64,000 bases of DNA from contig CAXSGP010000004.1 of the NCBI GenBank assembly GCA_964236955.1, positions 1 through 64,000 on the forward strand, read 5' to 3'. Positions 49,000 through 58,734 of the stretch are shown piece after piece. The notes under the pieces were generated by a model. That model saw only the letters and a list, made by a program, of their open reading frames with translations. It was not told the origin of the DNA and ran no database searches. Position 1 is the stretch's first letter. Every line of letters begins with the position of its first letter. Source of the DNA: an uncultured Oligoflexus sp. (lineage in GTDB: Bacteria; Bdellovibrionota_B; Oligoflexia; Oligoflexales; Oligoflexaceae). The position numbers and the translations under genes were made by a program.

Positions 49000-50871
49000 A
49001 TGAGCCTCGGTTCAGATGCTCGGGGAATGCGAACGTTGTCGATTCCTGATTATGTTAAAAATGAAAAACTACGACTCTGGGTTGAGGAAGTCGCCACTTT
49101 ATGCGAACCCGAGTCAGTCTATTGGTGTGATGGTTCTCAGGAAGAATACGACCGCCTCTGCAAGCAGATGGTTGATGCCGGCACCCTGATCCCGCTGGAT
49201 CCCAAAAAACGACCGAACAGCTTCTTGGCTCGTTCCGACGCAAGTGATGTGGCTCGAGTCGAAGATCGCACTTATATCTGCAGTCAACGTCGCCAGGATG
49301 CGGGACCCACCAACAATTGGGCCGCCCCCTCGGAAATGAAGGCGACTCTAGCCCAATTATTCAAGGGATCGATGCGTGGTCGCACCATGTACGTGATTCC
49401 TTTCAGCATGGGTCCCCTTGGATCGAAAATCTCTCACATCGGTGTTGAGATCTCCGATTCCCCCTATGTTGCCATCAATATGAAGATCATGACCCGCATG
49501 GGCCGCAAGGCACTCGATGTGCTGGGCGAAAAAGGCGAATTCGTACCTTGTCTTCATTCGGTGGGCGCTCCCTTGCGTCCAGGCGCGAAGGACGTACCGT
49601 GGCCCTGTAACCGCGAAACGAAATATATCGTTCATTTTCCCGAAGAACGCAGCATCTGGTCCTATGGCAGCGGTTATGGCGGCAACGCTTTGCTTGGCAA
49701 AAAATGTTTTGCACTTCGCATCGCATCGGTATTGGGCCGGGACGAAGGCTGGCTTGCGGAGCATATGCTTATCGTCGGTGTCGAATCCCCACAGGGTGAA
49801 AAAACCTATATCAGCGCTGCTTTCCCCAGCGCATGCGGCAAGACCAACTTTGCGATGCTGGTTCCACCGGAAGGATTCGAAGGTTGGAAAATCTCGACGG
49901 TCGGCGACGATATCGCCTGGATCAAGCCAGGCGAAGACGGTCGTCTCTATGCTATCAATCCGGAAGCCGGTTTTTTCGGAGTTGCGCCTGGAACCTCTCC
50001 CGAATCCAATCCGAACGCCATAGCAACGATCGCTAAAAACACCATCTTTACTAACGTTGCCCTTCTTCCTGATGGGGATGTCTGGTGGGAAGGCCTCACA
50101 GCGCAACCCCCTGAGAAGGCTATCGATTGGGAAGGCAATGCCTGGACGCCGGAATCGCTCCGAAAAGCTGCGCATCCCAATTCCCGTTTCACCGCTCCCG
50201 CAGAACAGTGTCCTTCGATAGACGGCAACTGGGATAATCCCAAGGGCGTTCCGATCAGTGCGATTATCTTCGGTGGGCGTCGGGCCTCAACAGTGCCACT
50301 GGTCTATCAGGCCTTCAATTGGAACTTCGGGGTTTATCTTGCTGCGACCATCGGCTCAGAAATGACGGCGGCAGCTTTTGGTAACATTGGTGAGGTTAGG
50401 CGCGATCCGTTCGCGATGCTGCCTTTTTGTGGTTATCATATGGCGGATTATTTCAATCACTGGCTTGATATGGGACGTAAAATTTCGCAGCCCCCTCGCA
50501 TTTTCTGCGTGAACTGGTTCCGGAAGGATGAAGAAGGCAAATTCATGTGGCCAGGATTCGGTGAGAACATGCGTGTTCTCAAGTGGGTCGTCGATCGCGT
50601 TCACGGTCGAGCCTACGCCGAAGAAAGCCCTCTGGGCTATATGCCGCGCTACAAGGATTTGACATGGAAGGGTTCGACCTTTAAGGCCGATCAGTTTCAG
50701 GCTTTGATGGCCGTTGATCGTGAGGCTTGGAAAAAAGAAGTTCTCTCCCACGAAGAACTCTTTGAAAAACTCTTCGATAAACTCCCTCGCGAGTTTTCTT
50801 CGATGCGGCACCTGCTCCTGTCTTCCCTCTGGCGTTCTCCGGAGAAATGGAAGATGGAAATTCCTCTTTAA
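49000..50871 (+). CDS. pckG: Phosphoenolpyruvate carboxykinase (GTP)
   Basis: [53 protein letters not shown]. Confidence 0.98.
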   Translation: MSLGSDARGMRTLSIPDYVKNEKLRLWVEEVATLCEPESVYWCDGSQEEYDRLCKQMVDAGTLIPLDPKKRPNSFLARSDASDVARVEDRTYICSQRRQDAGPTNNWAAPSEMKATLAQLFKGSMRGRTMYVIPFSMGPLGSKISHIGVEISDSPYVAINMKIMTRMGRKALDVLGEKGEFVPCLHSVGAPLRPGAKDVPWPCNRETKYIVHFPEERSIWSYGSGYGGNALLGKKCFALRIASVLGRDEGWLAEHMLIVGVESPQGEKTYISAAFPSACGKTNFAMLVPPEGFEGWKISTVGDDIAWIKPGEDGRLYAINPEAGFFGVAPGTSPESNPNAIATIAKNTIFTNVALLPDGDVWWEGLTAQPPEKAIDWEGNAWTPESLRKAAHPNSRFTAPAEQCPSIDGNWDNPKGVPISAIIFGGRRASTVPLVYQAFNWNFGVYLAATIGSEMTAAAFGNIGEVRRDPFAMLPFCGYHMADYFNHWLDMGRKISQPPRIFCVNWFRKDEEGKFMWPGFGENMRVLKWVVDRVHGRAYAEESPLGYMPRYKDLTWKGSTFKADQFQALMAVDREAWKKEVLSHEELFEKLFDKLPREFSSMRHLLLSSLWRSPEKWKMEIPL

Positions 50872-50895
50872 TGGGCTGACGCTACCGAAAATAGG

Positions 50896-50925
50896 GAGTC
50901 ATCAGGAAACTGCTGACTCTCTTTT
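50896..50925 (+). terminator. Intrinsic terminator after pckG
   Basis: GGGAGTCA...TGACTCTC followed by TTTT. Confidence 0.55.
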
Positions 50926-51106
50926 GGTTCCCATAGGCCTATTTTAACCCGTCCGCTATCTTCGCTTTCCCCTGGGTATGCTCCCCTAAGTCGAATTCTG
51001 CCTTGGTTCAGAACAATTAAATGCGCCTACTTTTTATTTCTTGGGGCTATAAAAATTCTGATTTATCAGTGGCTTATTACGTTTACTATTATTTTCCTTT
51101 ATTTCC

Positions 51107-51134
51107 TCAAATTTGGAGCGCGCCGAGCCGAAAA
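51107..51134 (+). promoter_or_regulatory. Sigma-28-like promoter
   Basis: TCAAATTT-N12-GCCGAAAA about 32 bp upstream of ATG 51167. Confidence 0.5.
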
Positions 51135-51166
51135 AGTAACTAGCGGTCTACAAAAGGAGATTTGAT

Positions 51167-51703
51167 ATGCAGACAGTTCATAAGTTTCTAGGATCCCGGT
51201 TCATAGTTTTAAGTTTCATGACTCTGTTTTTGGGTAACGCTGCCTGTTCTGATGAAAAATCAGCGACCCTGGCCGCTAAGAGCACAAAATATGCTACCGC
51301 TCCTTCGGTTGCGGGTTTGCCCCCCAGCTCAGGAAATTCCGGCAACGCGTGTGCCGGGCTGGCCCTTAAGGGCGGTGATGATGATGGTGGAAGCGATGAT
51401 GACGTCGTTGTGCAGCCCACAAATCCAGCTAGCGATGACGACCATGTTCCTGCACCCGCCAGCCCAGTGGTTCCTGCACCCGCCAACCCAGTGGCTCAGA
51501 CGCCCGTCAACCCAGTGGTTCAGGCACCCGTGGTGAATCAGCCTGTCGTTAATAACGGCGGCTTTCCGGCAGGAAATAATAATGGCGGCGGCGGTGGGGT
51601 CGTTGTAGAAGGCGGCGCTATCGTCGATACGACGAAGACCAATACTGGTACAGCAAAGCCCATACCGGCTAGCGGGCAATGTAAGACTACTTTAAAAAAA
51701 TAA
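51167..51703 (+). CDS. Low-complexity Pro/Val/Gly/Asp-rich lipoprotein
   Basis: AAGGAG RBS; lipobox-like NAAC; largely disordered sequence. Confidence 0.75.
   Translation: MQTVHKFLGSRFIVLSFMTLFLGNAACSDEKSATLAAKSTKYATAPSVAGLPPSSGNSGNACAGLALKGGDDDGGSDDDVVVQPTNPASDDDHVPAPASPVVPAPANPVAQTPVNPVVQAPVVNQPVVNNGGFPAGNNNGGGGGVVVEGGAIVDTTKTNTGTAKPIPASGQCKTTLKK
51446..51541 (+). repeat. 24-bp degenerate coding tandem repeat (VPAPA[S/N]PV-like) x4
   Basis: GTTCCTGCACCCGCCA(G/A)CCCAGTG x2 followed by two diverged copies. Confidence 0.8.
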
Positions 51704-51726
51704 TTTATATCAATCTCCAGATAACG

Positions 51727-51757
51727 AAGCGAGCCCTGAACAAGGGGTCGCTTTTTT
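51727..51757 (+). terminator. Intrinsic terminator
   Basis: AAGCGAGCCCT...AGGGGTCGCTT followed by a T-tract. Confidence 0.7.
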
Positions 51758-51819
51758 CATTTCAATCAGGCGACCGCAGGAGGCTCCGAAGATTTTACTA
51801 AGCGAGTCAGAATTTTGAG

Positions 51820-52473
51820 TTATGGATTCAGGCTCGATCCTGGTTTCGCCTGAACCAATAGCTGCCCCCCTATCTGGGGCTGAATCCAGCGTGGCAACCA
51901 CTGCAGCGATCGCATCGGCGCATCCATGTGAACGGGATCCAGTCCCGTCTTTCCCAATAAAAAGCCGAGGCTGTATTTTGAAAAAAGTATACGGTGCTGA
52001 GGGTCAAAGGCTCCCGACCAGGTGCTGGGCCTTAGGACTCGTTCGAGTGATTGTGTGTTCGGTGTCGTAAGAAAAAGTGTTCCTTCAGAACCCAGCAGGC
52101 TTCGGCACTGCTCGAGGAAAACAACGGGGCTGCGAAGGTGCTCGAGGATATCAAAGGCCAAAATGAGATCGAAATTTCCGCCGGGAATTTGCTTCATCCA
52201 ATCACCGAGGTCGAGATTTGCCATGACAAATTGCCACTCATCTGTGGCCGGAAGGCCTTCCTTTGGTTCCTCAATATCAACGCCGACGCTCAATCGGGCG
52301 CCTTCCGTCTGAGCGAAATGGGAAATAAAACCAGACCCACAGCCTAAATCGAGGACTTTCTTAGCTGAGAATGATCTCACTCCGAAATCTCTTAACCACT
52401 GCAAATGCACTTGATCGGCGGCGCGTGGCTGCCTGATTTGACCCTGACTTGGGTTCATATCTTGAAAAGACAT
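51820..52473 (-). CDS. Class I SAM-dependent methyltransferase
   Basis: VLDLGCGSG, FDLILAFDILEHL, LFLTTPN. Confidence 0.9.
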   Translation of the reverse strand: MSFQDMNPSQGQIRQPRAADQVHLQWLRDFGVRSFSAKKVLDLGCGSGFISHFAQTEGARLSVGVDIEEPKEGLPATDEWQFVMANLDLGDWMKQIPGGNFDLILAFDILEHLRSPVVFLEQCRSLLGSEGTLFLTTPNTQSLERVLRPSTWSGAFDPQHRILFSKYSLGFLLGKTGLDPVHMDAPMRSLQWLPRWIQPQIGGQLLVQAKPGSSLNP

Positions 52474-52791
52474 GAAGGAATCTCCTGAATATTTGCTTCG
52501 TGGACGTACGGATCATACTTCATCCCGCCTTAGGCATCAAGGATGACAGCTCCGCTGGTCCTGACGCTCCATGACGGGCGTTTTCAAAACTGTCGAACGA
52601 TTCCCTCCGGACCAGACAATAAATATGCAATTAGTTTTTCAAATCTTACGAAATCCTTGATGTGATTGAGTTTTATGGATTTGGGTCAGTATAATTTGTT
52701 TTTCTCTTATTCCTTTTTCGAAGGGATCAGTTTAATTCAATACCAGCACGAAAATTCGTGTCATACATCAATTTTAGTCATAGGAGACGTT

Positions 52792-53388
52792 ATGAAAAAT
52801 CATTCATTATTGATAGGTCTTTCCGTTCTAGCATTGAGCGCTGGTTCAATTTCCTTCGCAGCGACCCGTGCTATCAGTCAGGTTCCTGTGACAGGAACAC
52901 TCACTGACGGCGGCGCTTTTAACGGAACGCTCACCATTACCGAATTATCAGAAGATCGTGATGGAAATTTACTGGCAAGCGGCAAAATCACGGGCAAAGT
53001 ATCCAGTATTCTTATTGATGATCCGTCCCCTGTTTACCAGTCTTTTACCGACGTTAGAGCCGACATTACAGCGAAAAATTCTTGTACTTCAGTTACCGTT
53101 GACATCGGTGATGTAGAAATAGACTCTTTAGACACATTCGTGGATTTGGCTCCCGCTAAGGTCGATACCACGAAGGGTGGTGCCGTCGATAAAAAGCTCG
53201 GTAAGCTTCTTTGTTCGGTTGGATCGGCGGTAGATAATGCAAGTGGAGGCAGCGGACTCCTCAGCGGTCTGTTAGGCCAGGTGAATGATCTTCTCGGCGG
53301 AGTCGTCGGTGGCAATGGACCGGTCGGCGGATTAATTGGTGGCACCGGGCTCGGTGGACTGCTTGGTGGTTCAGGAGATAATAATTAA
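52792..53388 (+). CDS. Secreted hypothetical protein with Gly/Leu-rich C-terminus
   Basis: ATG after AGGAG; signal peptide ending SFA; LGKLLCSV and GLLGG-type repeats. Confidence 0.75.
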   Translation: MKNHSLLIGLSVLALSAGSISFAATRAISQVPVTGTLTDGGAFNGTLTITELSEDRDGNLLASGKITGKVSSILIDDPSPVYQSFTDVRADITAKNSCTSVTVDIGDVEIDSLDTFVDLAPAKVDTTKGGAVDKKLGKLLCSVGSAVDNASGGSGLLSGLLGQVNDLLGGVVGGNGPVGGLIGGTGLGGLLGGSGDNN

Positions 53389-53484
53389 AGCAGATTAATG
53401 GATTTCATATATAGAACGCGTCCTGAGCCAAGTCACGGACGCGTCTGCCCTTTCAAAAAGCTCTGCCTTTGCCAGTCGAAGTCC

Positions 53485-54351
53485 CTAGAAATTTTTCTCC
53501 CAAGCCATACCCAGCATAGGCCCGGTTTCCGAAGGGCTATAAATCGGATAAAAACTACTCTCTTCCGAGACTATACCCACTTTCGCCGAGGCTCGTGCCC
53601 AAAAGATCCCCAGACCAGCTCCGGCGACGATATCGCTGGCCCAGTGGGCGTTGTTCGCGACTCTGGACATTCCGATATAAGTCGCCGCTGCAAAAGCTGG
53701 TACCCCGGCCCAGGGACCATAGGAATAGGCAAGTGAGGCAGCTGTTGCAAACGATGAGGAACCATGGCCGGAAGGAAAGGACAGATTTTTTCCATTCGGG
53801 CGTTCCCGCTGCGCAGCCAGCGCAATCGATATATGGGTGGCGGAGGTAAAAGCCAAGGCTCGCAAATGCTGAAGTCCATCGTCAGTATCGAAGTACATTT
53901 GTCCCAAGGCAATGGCAATTCCTGGGAAACCACTGCCGAGGATAGCCCCATAGCGGGTTTCCGAGGTGGACATTCCCTTATTGTCGCCAAAATCGTCGCG
54001 AATCCTCCCGTCTTGTTGATGGGTATAGGCAGTTGCCGCTGCGGTTCCAAGAAAAATCCAGAGGCTTTGGGAATCGCCTGCGTGACGTATCGTTGGTTTT
54101 AACTGATCATTCCAGAGCCAATCGATCGGCGGTTTGCCTTCCTCTTTTATTATTTTTACAGCCTCTTTCAAGTTGGGGGTTGGGTCTTGCGATGGATCCT
54201 CGGCAGGTTTTTTCTCACTGGTCTGCTTACCGCTTCCTGCTGCTTGCTCAGCAAAAACGCTCGACGAGATTGATAGGGGAAGAGCGCAAAAAATGGTGAG
54301 TCCGCACAGTGTGCGAAGACGGGGAGATCGGTGAAACAAGATGGCAAGCAT
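53485..54351 (-). CDS. PAP2 family phosphatase
   Basis: RERP, SFPSGH, SRVANNAHWASDIVAG; signal-peptide-like N-terminus. Confidence 0.9.
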   Translation of the reverse strand: MLAILFHRSPRLRTLCGLTIFCALPLSISSSVFAEQAAGSGKQTSEKKPAEDPSQDPTPNLKEAVKIIKEEGKPPIDWLWNDQLKPTIRHAGDSQSLWIFLGTAAATAYTHQQDGRIRDDFGDNKGMSTSETRYGAILGSGFPGIAIALGQMYFDTDDGLQHLRALAFTSATHISIALAAQRERPNGKNLSFPSGHGSSSFATAASLAYSYGPWAGVPAFAAATYIGMSRVANNAHWASDIVAGAGLGIFWARASAKVGIVSEESSFYPIYSPSETGPMLGMAWEKNF

Positions 54352-54370
54352 ACTTTAATTATCCTCCGCT

Positions 54371-55060
54371 TTAAAAAACAACGACACCAAAAGTGAGCTT
54401 TAACGCATACATTACCGAATGGTCAGTGACCGATTGAGAAGAAATGACTTCGGGGACATCTTTTTTATCAACGATCGTTTCTATCGTCCGGTAGTAGTTC
54501 GTGGTCCCACCAAATTCAAGAAACCAAGCCGTCCCATCGCGCGCATTTTGCAAGATGCCATAGGCAAGGCTAAAAATATTCCCTTCGATTTGCGTCCTGT
54601 CCCCGCCGAGATCAAACTCCTTGGGCTTTTGCCCCTTATTAATAAAGACTGAGGGGCCGCGACCGCCAGCGAAGCGAACGTAAGGATGAGAAAGGGCAGG
54701 CGCCAGGCTGGTGGGCAGGCGGACGCGTAATCCCAGAGTCCCCATCGTGCTCCAAATCAAAAGACGTTTGACCCTATTAAATGCAACATCGGTGCTGACT
54801 TCGAAAGCATAGTCATTGAAGAAGTAATAGCCGACGTTGGTCTGAAGGTTCAGGCCAAGACCGGCGCCCTGGGAAAGCAGATCGGATTTAAAATAAGAGG
54901 TGTTCAAACCCATGCCCGCCGCCAGGTGAAGACCGCTGCTCCAATGTCCTGCCGTGAAATTCTTAATTTCAATGGGTTCCCCTTCGTCGGCCTGCAGCCG
55001 ATAGGGAAAGGGGATAGCGGCGACGATAACGAAAACGATCCAGGCAATATTGAATCTCAT
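54371..55060 (-). CDS. Putative outer-membrane beta-barrel protein
   Basis: Signal peptide; amphipathic strands; ends LTFGVVVF. Confidence 0.72.
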   Translation of the reverse strand: MRFNIAWIVFVIVAAIPFPYRLQADEGEPIEIKNFTAGHWSSGLHLAAGMGLNTSYFKSDLLSQGAGLGLNLQTNVGYYFFNDYAFEVSTDVAFNRVKRLLIWSTMGTLGLRVRLPTSLAPALSHPYVRFAGGRGPSVFINKGQKPKEFDLGGDRTQIEGNIFSLAYGILQNARDGTAWFLEFGGTTNYYRTIETIVDKKDVPEVISSQSVTDHSVMYALKLTFGVVVF

Positions 55061-55722
55061 AAATCCGCCTTAAAAGTCAGGGTTAATGCGGCTTTATCGT
55101 TTTGCTTGATAGGGTATAAACCCAGTTGATAGTGAGAACTCGGCAGCGCCGTGAATGGGTCGAAGAGATAGCCGATAATGGTGGTGGGCCAGGTTTCCAA
55201 AGAGTGCATGTAGAGGCTGACGCGCTCAAAGCCCATCCCGACTATCGATCCAAATACTGGGGTTTGATAGATGTCCTGGTAGCTTGGTCTTTCGGTAACT
55301 GTTTCTATGGTGAACTCAAACGCCAATGATGAGAGGGCCGCCCACTGAAACGAGTCTTTTTGAGTGTAGCCCCTCGAACGATAAAATTGGTAATAGTACT
55401 GGCCAACTCCGGTATGTTTGATCAGATTATAATTAAAATGATCTTTGTCAAAGTGAGGTTTGGTCATATTTTCATGCCAATTTTGAAAAGATCCCTTGTC
55501 CCTTATGGTTTCGCCCTGGCTACCGTAATAGATGAGCCACTGGGCGCCATATACATAGCCAAAATTCATGAGCTTTTCAGAATCCGAAAAGTTGTCCTCG
55601 AGTTTTTGCTTATAATCGCTTGACGGCGATGTTTCCGCAAGTATCACGGGTGCAAGCGCCATTGAGACGAAAAGGTTGGCAAGGTATAGGCCGAAGTAGA
55701 CTGATGGTGAACAGCGCGTCAT
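55057..55722 (-). CDS. DUF3943 domain protein; start uncertain
   Basis: DKDHFNYNLIKH..GQYYY..RSRG, SSLAFEF..E..ERPSYQDI..TP..GS..G. Confidence 0.78.
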   Translation of the reverse strand: MTRCSPSVYFGLYLANLFVSMALAPVILAETSPSSDYKQKLEDNFSDSEKLMNFGYVYGAQWLIYYGSQGETIRDKGSFQNWHENMTKPHFDKDHFNYNLIKHTGVGQYYYQFYRSRGYTQKDSFQWAALSSLAFEFTIETVTERPSYQDIYQTPVFGSIVGMGFERVSLYMHSLETWPTTIIGYLFDPFTALPSSHYQLGLYPIKQNDKAALTLTFKADL

Positions 55723-55823
55723 ATTTCGTGTCCATGGTAAAATGTAGTCTATATTTGAGCCTGAATAAGGAGGAGCGTCAACACTTAAGCCAACGCCCAT
55801 TGATAATAAACTTGTAGGATCTT

Positions 55824-56564
55824 TTATTGGGAAGCGACCGGCCTGTGAAACAATTCTACAGCTCTTGCTTGGTTAGGGACATAGCTAACGGCAGTTTTAT
55901 CATATGCTGTCCGAGAGATTCTAAAGGATCCATCGACATTGGGCAGGTAACAGACTTCAGTAGCTTCGGTCGTATTCTCACACCAGGCGCTGTCCCGGTA
56001 GTAAGGCTCGCGCACCAATTGGCAGGAGGACTCTATCGCAGAACGATCGGTGATAAGATGCGAAATAGCGTCTATAGCTCCGTAAAGGCCGTGACTGTCC
56101 ATTTCCTGACTGACATATAGTGGAGTCAGGGCGGCGTTGGCGTTGAAAAGGCTCTTGCAACGGTTGGCGATTGGTACATATATGGGACCAAAGCGCATAC
56201 TGATATCATTGATACAATTACTGATGGCCTCATAAAGTTGAGGGGTATACTGCAATCCATGGCGACCGAACAGAAAAATCTTTGACTTCGTGTGAAAACC
56301 ATCGAGATTGCAAACAAATGGCCTTGGTTCCAGAAACTGATCGTCATTAAAATCGTAGGGTTTCATAGTCAGCTTTAATGTGCAGGCTTGATCACTGTCG
56401 CACTGGATGGCGTCAAAACTCCAGTTGCTATCGCCTTCGCACCAGCTGTCACCGCAGATATTATCGATGGATTGTAAGAGATCACTTTGTTCGATGTCTG
56501 ACAAAAGTGACTCAGCATGCGCCGCAGAACTCATAAATAGCAAAGCCCATAGTAGAGTTTTCAT
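55824..56564 (-). CDS. Secreted Cys-rich hypothetical protein
   Basis: GAGGA RBS; signal peptide SAAHA; IDNICGDSWCEGD; ten Cys. Confidence 0.78.
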   Translation of the reverse strand: MKTLLWALLFMSSAAHAESLLSDIEQSDLLQSIDNICGDSWCEGDSNWSFDAIQCDSDQACTLKLTMKPYDFNDDQFLEPRPFVCNLDGFHTKSKIFLFGRHGLQYTPQLYEAISNCINDISMRFGPIYVPIANRCKSLFNANAALTPLYVSQEMDSHGLYGAIDAISHLITDRSAIESSCQLVREPYYRDSAWCENTTEATEVCYLPNVDGSFRISRTAYDKTAVSYVPNQARAVELFHRPVASQ

Positions 56565-56710
56565 ATAGTCAATTCCTCTGAAGTTAATTCTTGGCCACGG
56601 TCAAGTGGAAAGCGAATGTAACTCAAGCGAATTTAATGTGGCAATAGACATCCCGTTGGCCAGTAGGGTTTGCCGACCCGGCTTATTCTATTATGGTAGG
56701 AAATCTCGCG

Positions 56711-58327
56711 CTAAAATTCTATCTCGGGCAGCTGTTCGACAAACTCAACCTGCTTAGGTAATTTGTACGATGTCAGTTCCTTTTTGCAGTAATCGCGAAT
56801 GTCAGCGGCGATAAGCCCTTGTTTCCTTGGTACTATATAGGCTTTGATAGCTTCGCCATTGACCGGGTGATTTCGACCGACGACACGAGCGTCCTCTATA
56901 TCGGGATGAGATTTTAATACTTTTTCAATTTCTACGGGATAGACATTAAAGCCCGATACGAGGATCATACGTTTTTTTCTGCCAATTATTTTCCAATAGT
57001 TATCCTTATCGAAACTGGCCAAATCGCCCGTTCGCATCCATCCTTCCTTGTCGATATGACTGTCGGTTTGGTCCTTCTTTTGCCAGTATCCCTTCATGAC
57101 CTGCGGGCCTCTTACCCAGAGTTCGCCGCTGGTGTCGGGCCTATCGATGAGGTGGTCGTTGGTATCGGTCAGTCTCATTTCGGTCTGAGGCATCGGTTTA
57201 CCGATCGTACCGAGCCTATTGTCGTGACGCGGATTCCAGCTTGCCACCGGCGAGAGTTCGGTCATGCCGAAGCCTTCGAGAATAGGGCCGTGAGTCAGTT
57301 CCTGCCATTTTTGTGCAACCAAAGGGTCAAGTTTCATACCTCCGGCGATGGCGAATTTAAAGGAACTAAAATCAATGCTGCTGAAACTGCTCATCCGCAT
57401 CAATGCAAAGAAAAGGGTGTTGACGCCCGTGATAAGGGTGAACTTCCAGCGTTTCAATTCGGCGATCAGAGCCGGCATGTTCCCGGCATCGAGAATCAGA
57501 ATATTATGGGAACCTGAGAGTAACGAAGCGGCGCAATGCACGGTGAAAGAGAAGATATGGTAAATGGGCAAAGGTGCGATCAGAATTTCCTTGCCTGCTG
57601 TGATTTCATCACTCAGGAAGTGATTGACTTGTTCCATGTTGGCGACAAGATTCGCGTGGGTTAGCATTGCGCCCATATGAACGCCGCTGGACCCACCCGT
57701 ATACTGCAGCATCGCCAGATCGCTGGCCTGCAGACCTGGTTTGACCCAAGGACGCCTGCCTCCTTCCCGGAGGATTTTTTGAAGGGCTATCGTTCCTTGC
57801 CGGGGATAGCTTTTGATGGCCTTCTTACGATAGCGAAGTACAAACTGAAAGGTATTCCGCTGCAGCCAGGGATGCAGTTCAAACAGCCTGCAGACGACGA
57901 TCAAGGGACAATTTAATTGGGTTCGTACCCCCGCGATAAGATGGGCGGAGATATCCGCACAAAACCAGGCTCTGACATCGGCGTCTTTAAGTTGCCGCTG
58001 GGTTTCGGGCACTGTGTACTGAGGATTGAGGTTAACGATCACCATCCCCGCCTGAAGAATACCCCAGGCGAGCACGGGATAGAGCAGGGTATTGGGAGTC
58101 TGCACCGCGACCCGATCCCCGACCTTGAGTTGAGGATGATTTTGCAGGTAGCTGGCAAGCTTACGGCTTAGTTGGATCATCTGTTCATAAGTGATGGTTT
58201 GGCCCTGCTGCGAGTAAGCCGGCAAAGTGGAGAATTTTTTGCGCACATCTTCTATATAATCGATTAGAGTCTTGGTTTTATCCCAAGTATAAAGACCGGC
58301 TGGAGAACTATTTAATGGTGCAGGCAT
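56711..58327 (-). CDS. Long-chain fatty acid--CoA ligase (FadD)-like protein with degenerate catalytic motifs
   Basis: LQYTGG, PLPIYHIF, GVNTLF, EGFGMTE, GPQVMKGYW, TGD, SGFNVYPVEIE. Confidence 0.85.
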   Translation of the reverse strand: MPAPLNSSPAGLYTWDKTKTLIDYIEDVRKKFSTLPAYSQQGQTITYEQMIQLSRKLASYLQNHPQLKVGDRVAVQTPNTLLYPVLAWGILQAGMVIVNLNPQYTVPETQRQLKDADVRAWFCADISAHLIAGVRTQLNCPLIVVCRLFELHPWLQRNTFQFVLRYRKKAIKSYPRQGTIALQKILREGGRRPWVKPGLQASDLAMLQYTGGSSGVHMGAMLTHANLVANMEQVNHFLSDEITAGKEILIAPLPIYHIFSFTVHCAASLLSGSHNILILDAGNMPALIAELKRWKFTLITGVNTLFFALMRMSSFSSIDFSSFKFAIAGGMKLDPLVAQKWQELTHGPILEGFGMTELSPVASWNPRHDNRLGTIGKPMPQTEMRLTDTNDHLIDRPDTSGELWVRGPQVMKGYWQKKDQTDSHIDKEGWMRTGDLASFDKDNYWKIIGRKKRMILVSGFNVYPVEIEKVLKSHPDIEDARVVGRNHPVNGEAIKAYIVPRKQGLIAADIRDYCKKELTSYKLPKQVEFVEQLPEIEF

Positions 58328-58734
58328 CGGCAGCGTGTCCTTTTCATTAAGTCAGAAGCCAGGCTTCATTTGAAGAAGCCCGCATACTCCTAATGGTATA
58401 TCAGCGAGTAATAGCAGAAAAAATTCACAGGTTTAACTTTGAAACCGCTAACTTATCATGACCAAGGAAGAGCCACGAGCGCTTTCATTAAAAGACGTGG
58501 ATAAGCTTTCGCCGGGCAGAGTGCCATGGGGCACGAAATTGCCTAAATGGCCTGTTTTTTCGATTGAATCGGTTCCTTCCAACGGCTCTCCTTGCCATTA
58601 TTTTAAATGGGTCTCGACCTGCCACCAAAGAAGCGACGCTCACGACTATTTATCAGCCCCTTATTGCATGCCGCGCCCACACAAGGCAAAATAGACCTAT
58701 ATCGAACTCGAGTATTCCCTAGGGAGAGCGCAGC

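Noticed and set aside
49357..50175. 272 aa antisense ORF and other overlapping frames
   Set aside because: Shadow of the highly conserved pckG.
56636..56680. GGCAAACCC...GGGATG resembling a c-di-GMP-I riboswitch (minus strand)
   Set aside because: No GNRA tetraloop and no GACGCAAAGC segment.
58527..58544. Possible sigma-54 promoter GGCACGAAATTGC
   Set aside because: GG-to-GC spacing is one base short of the strict -24/-12 requirement.
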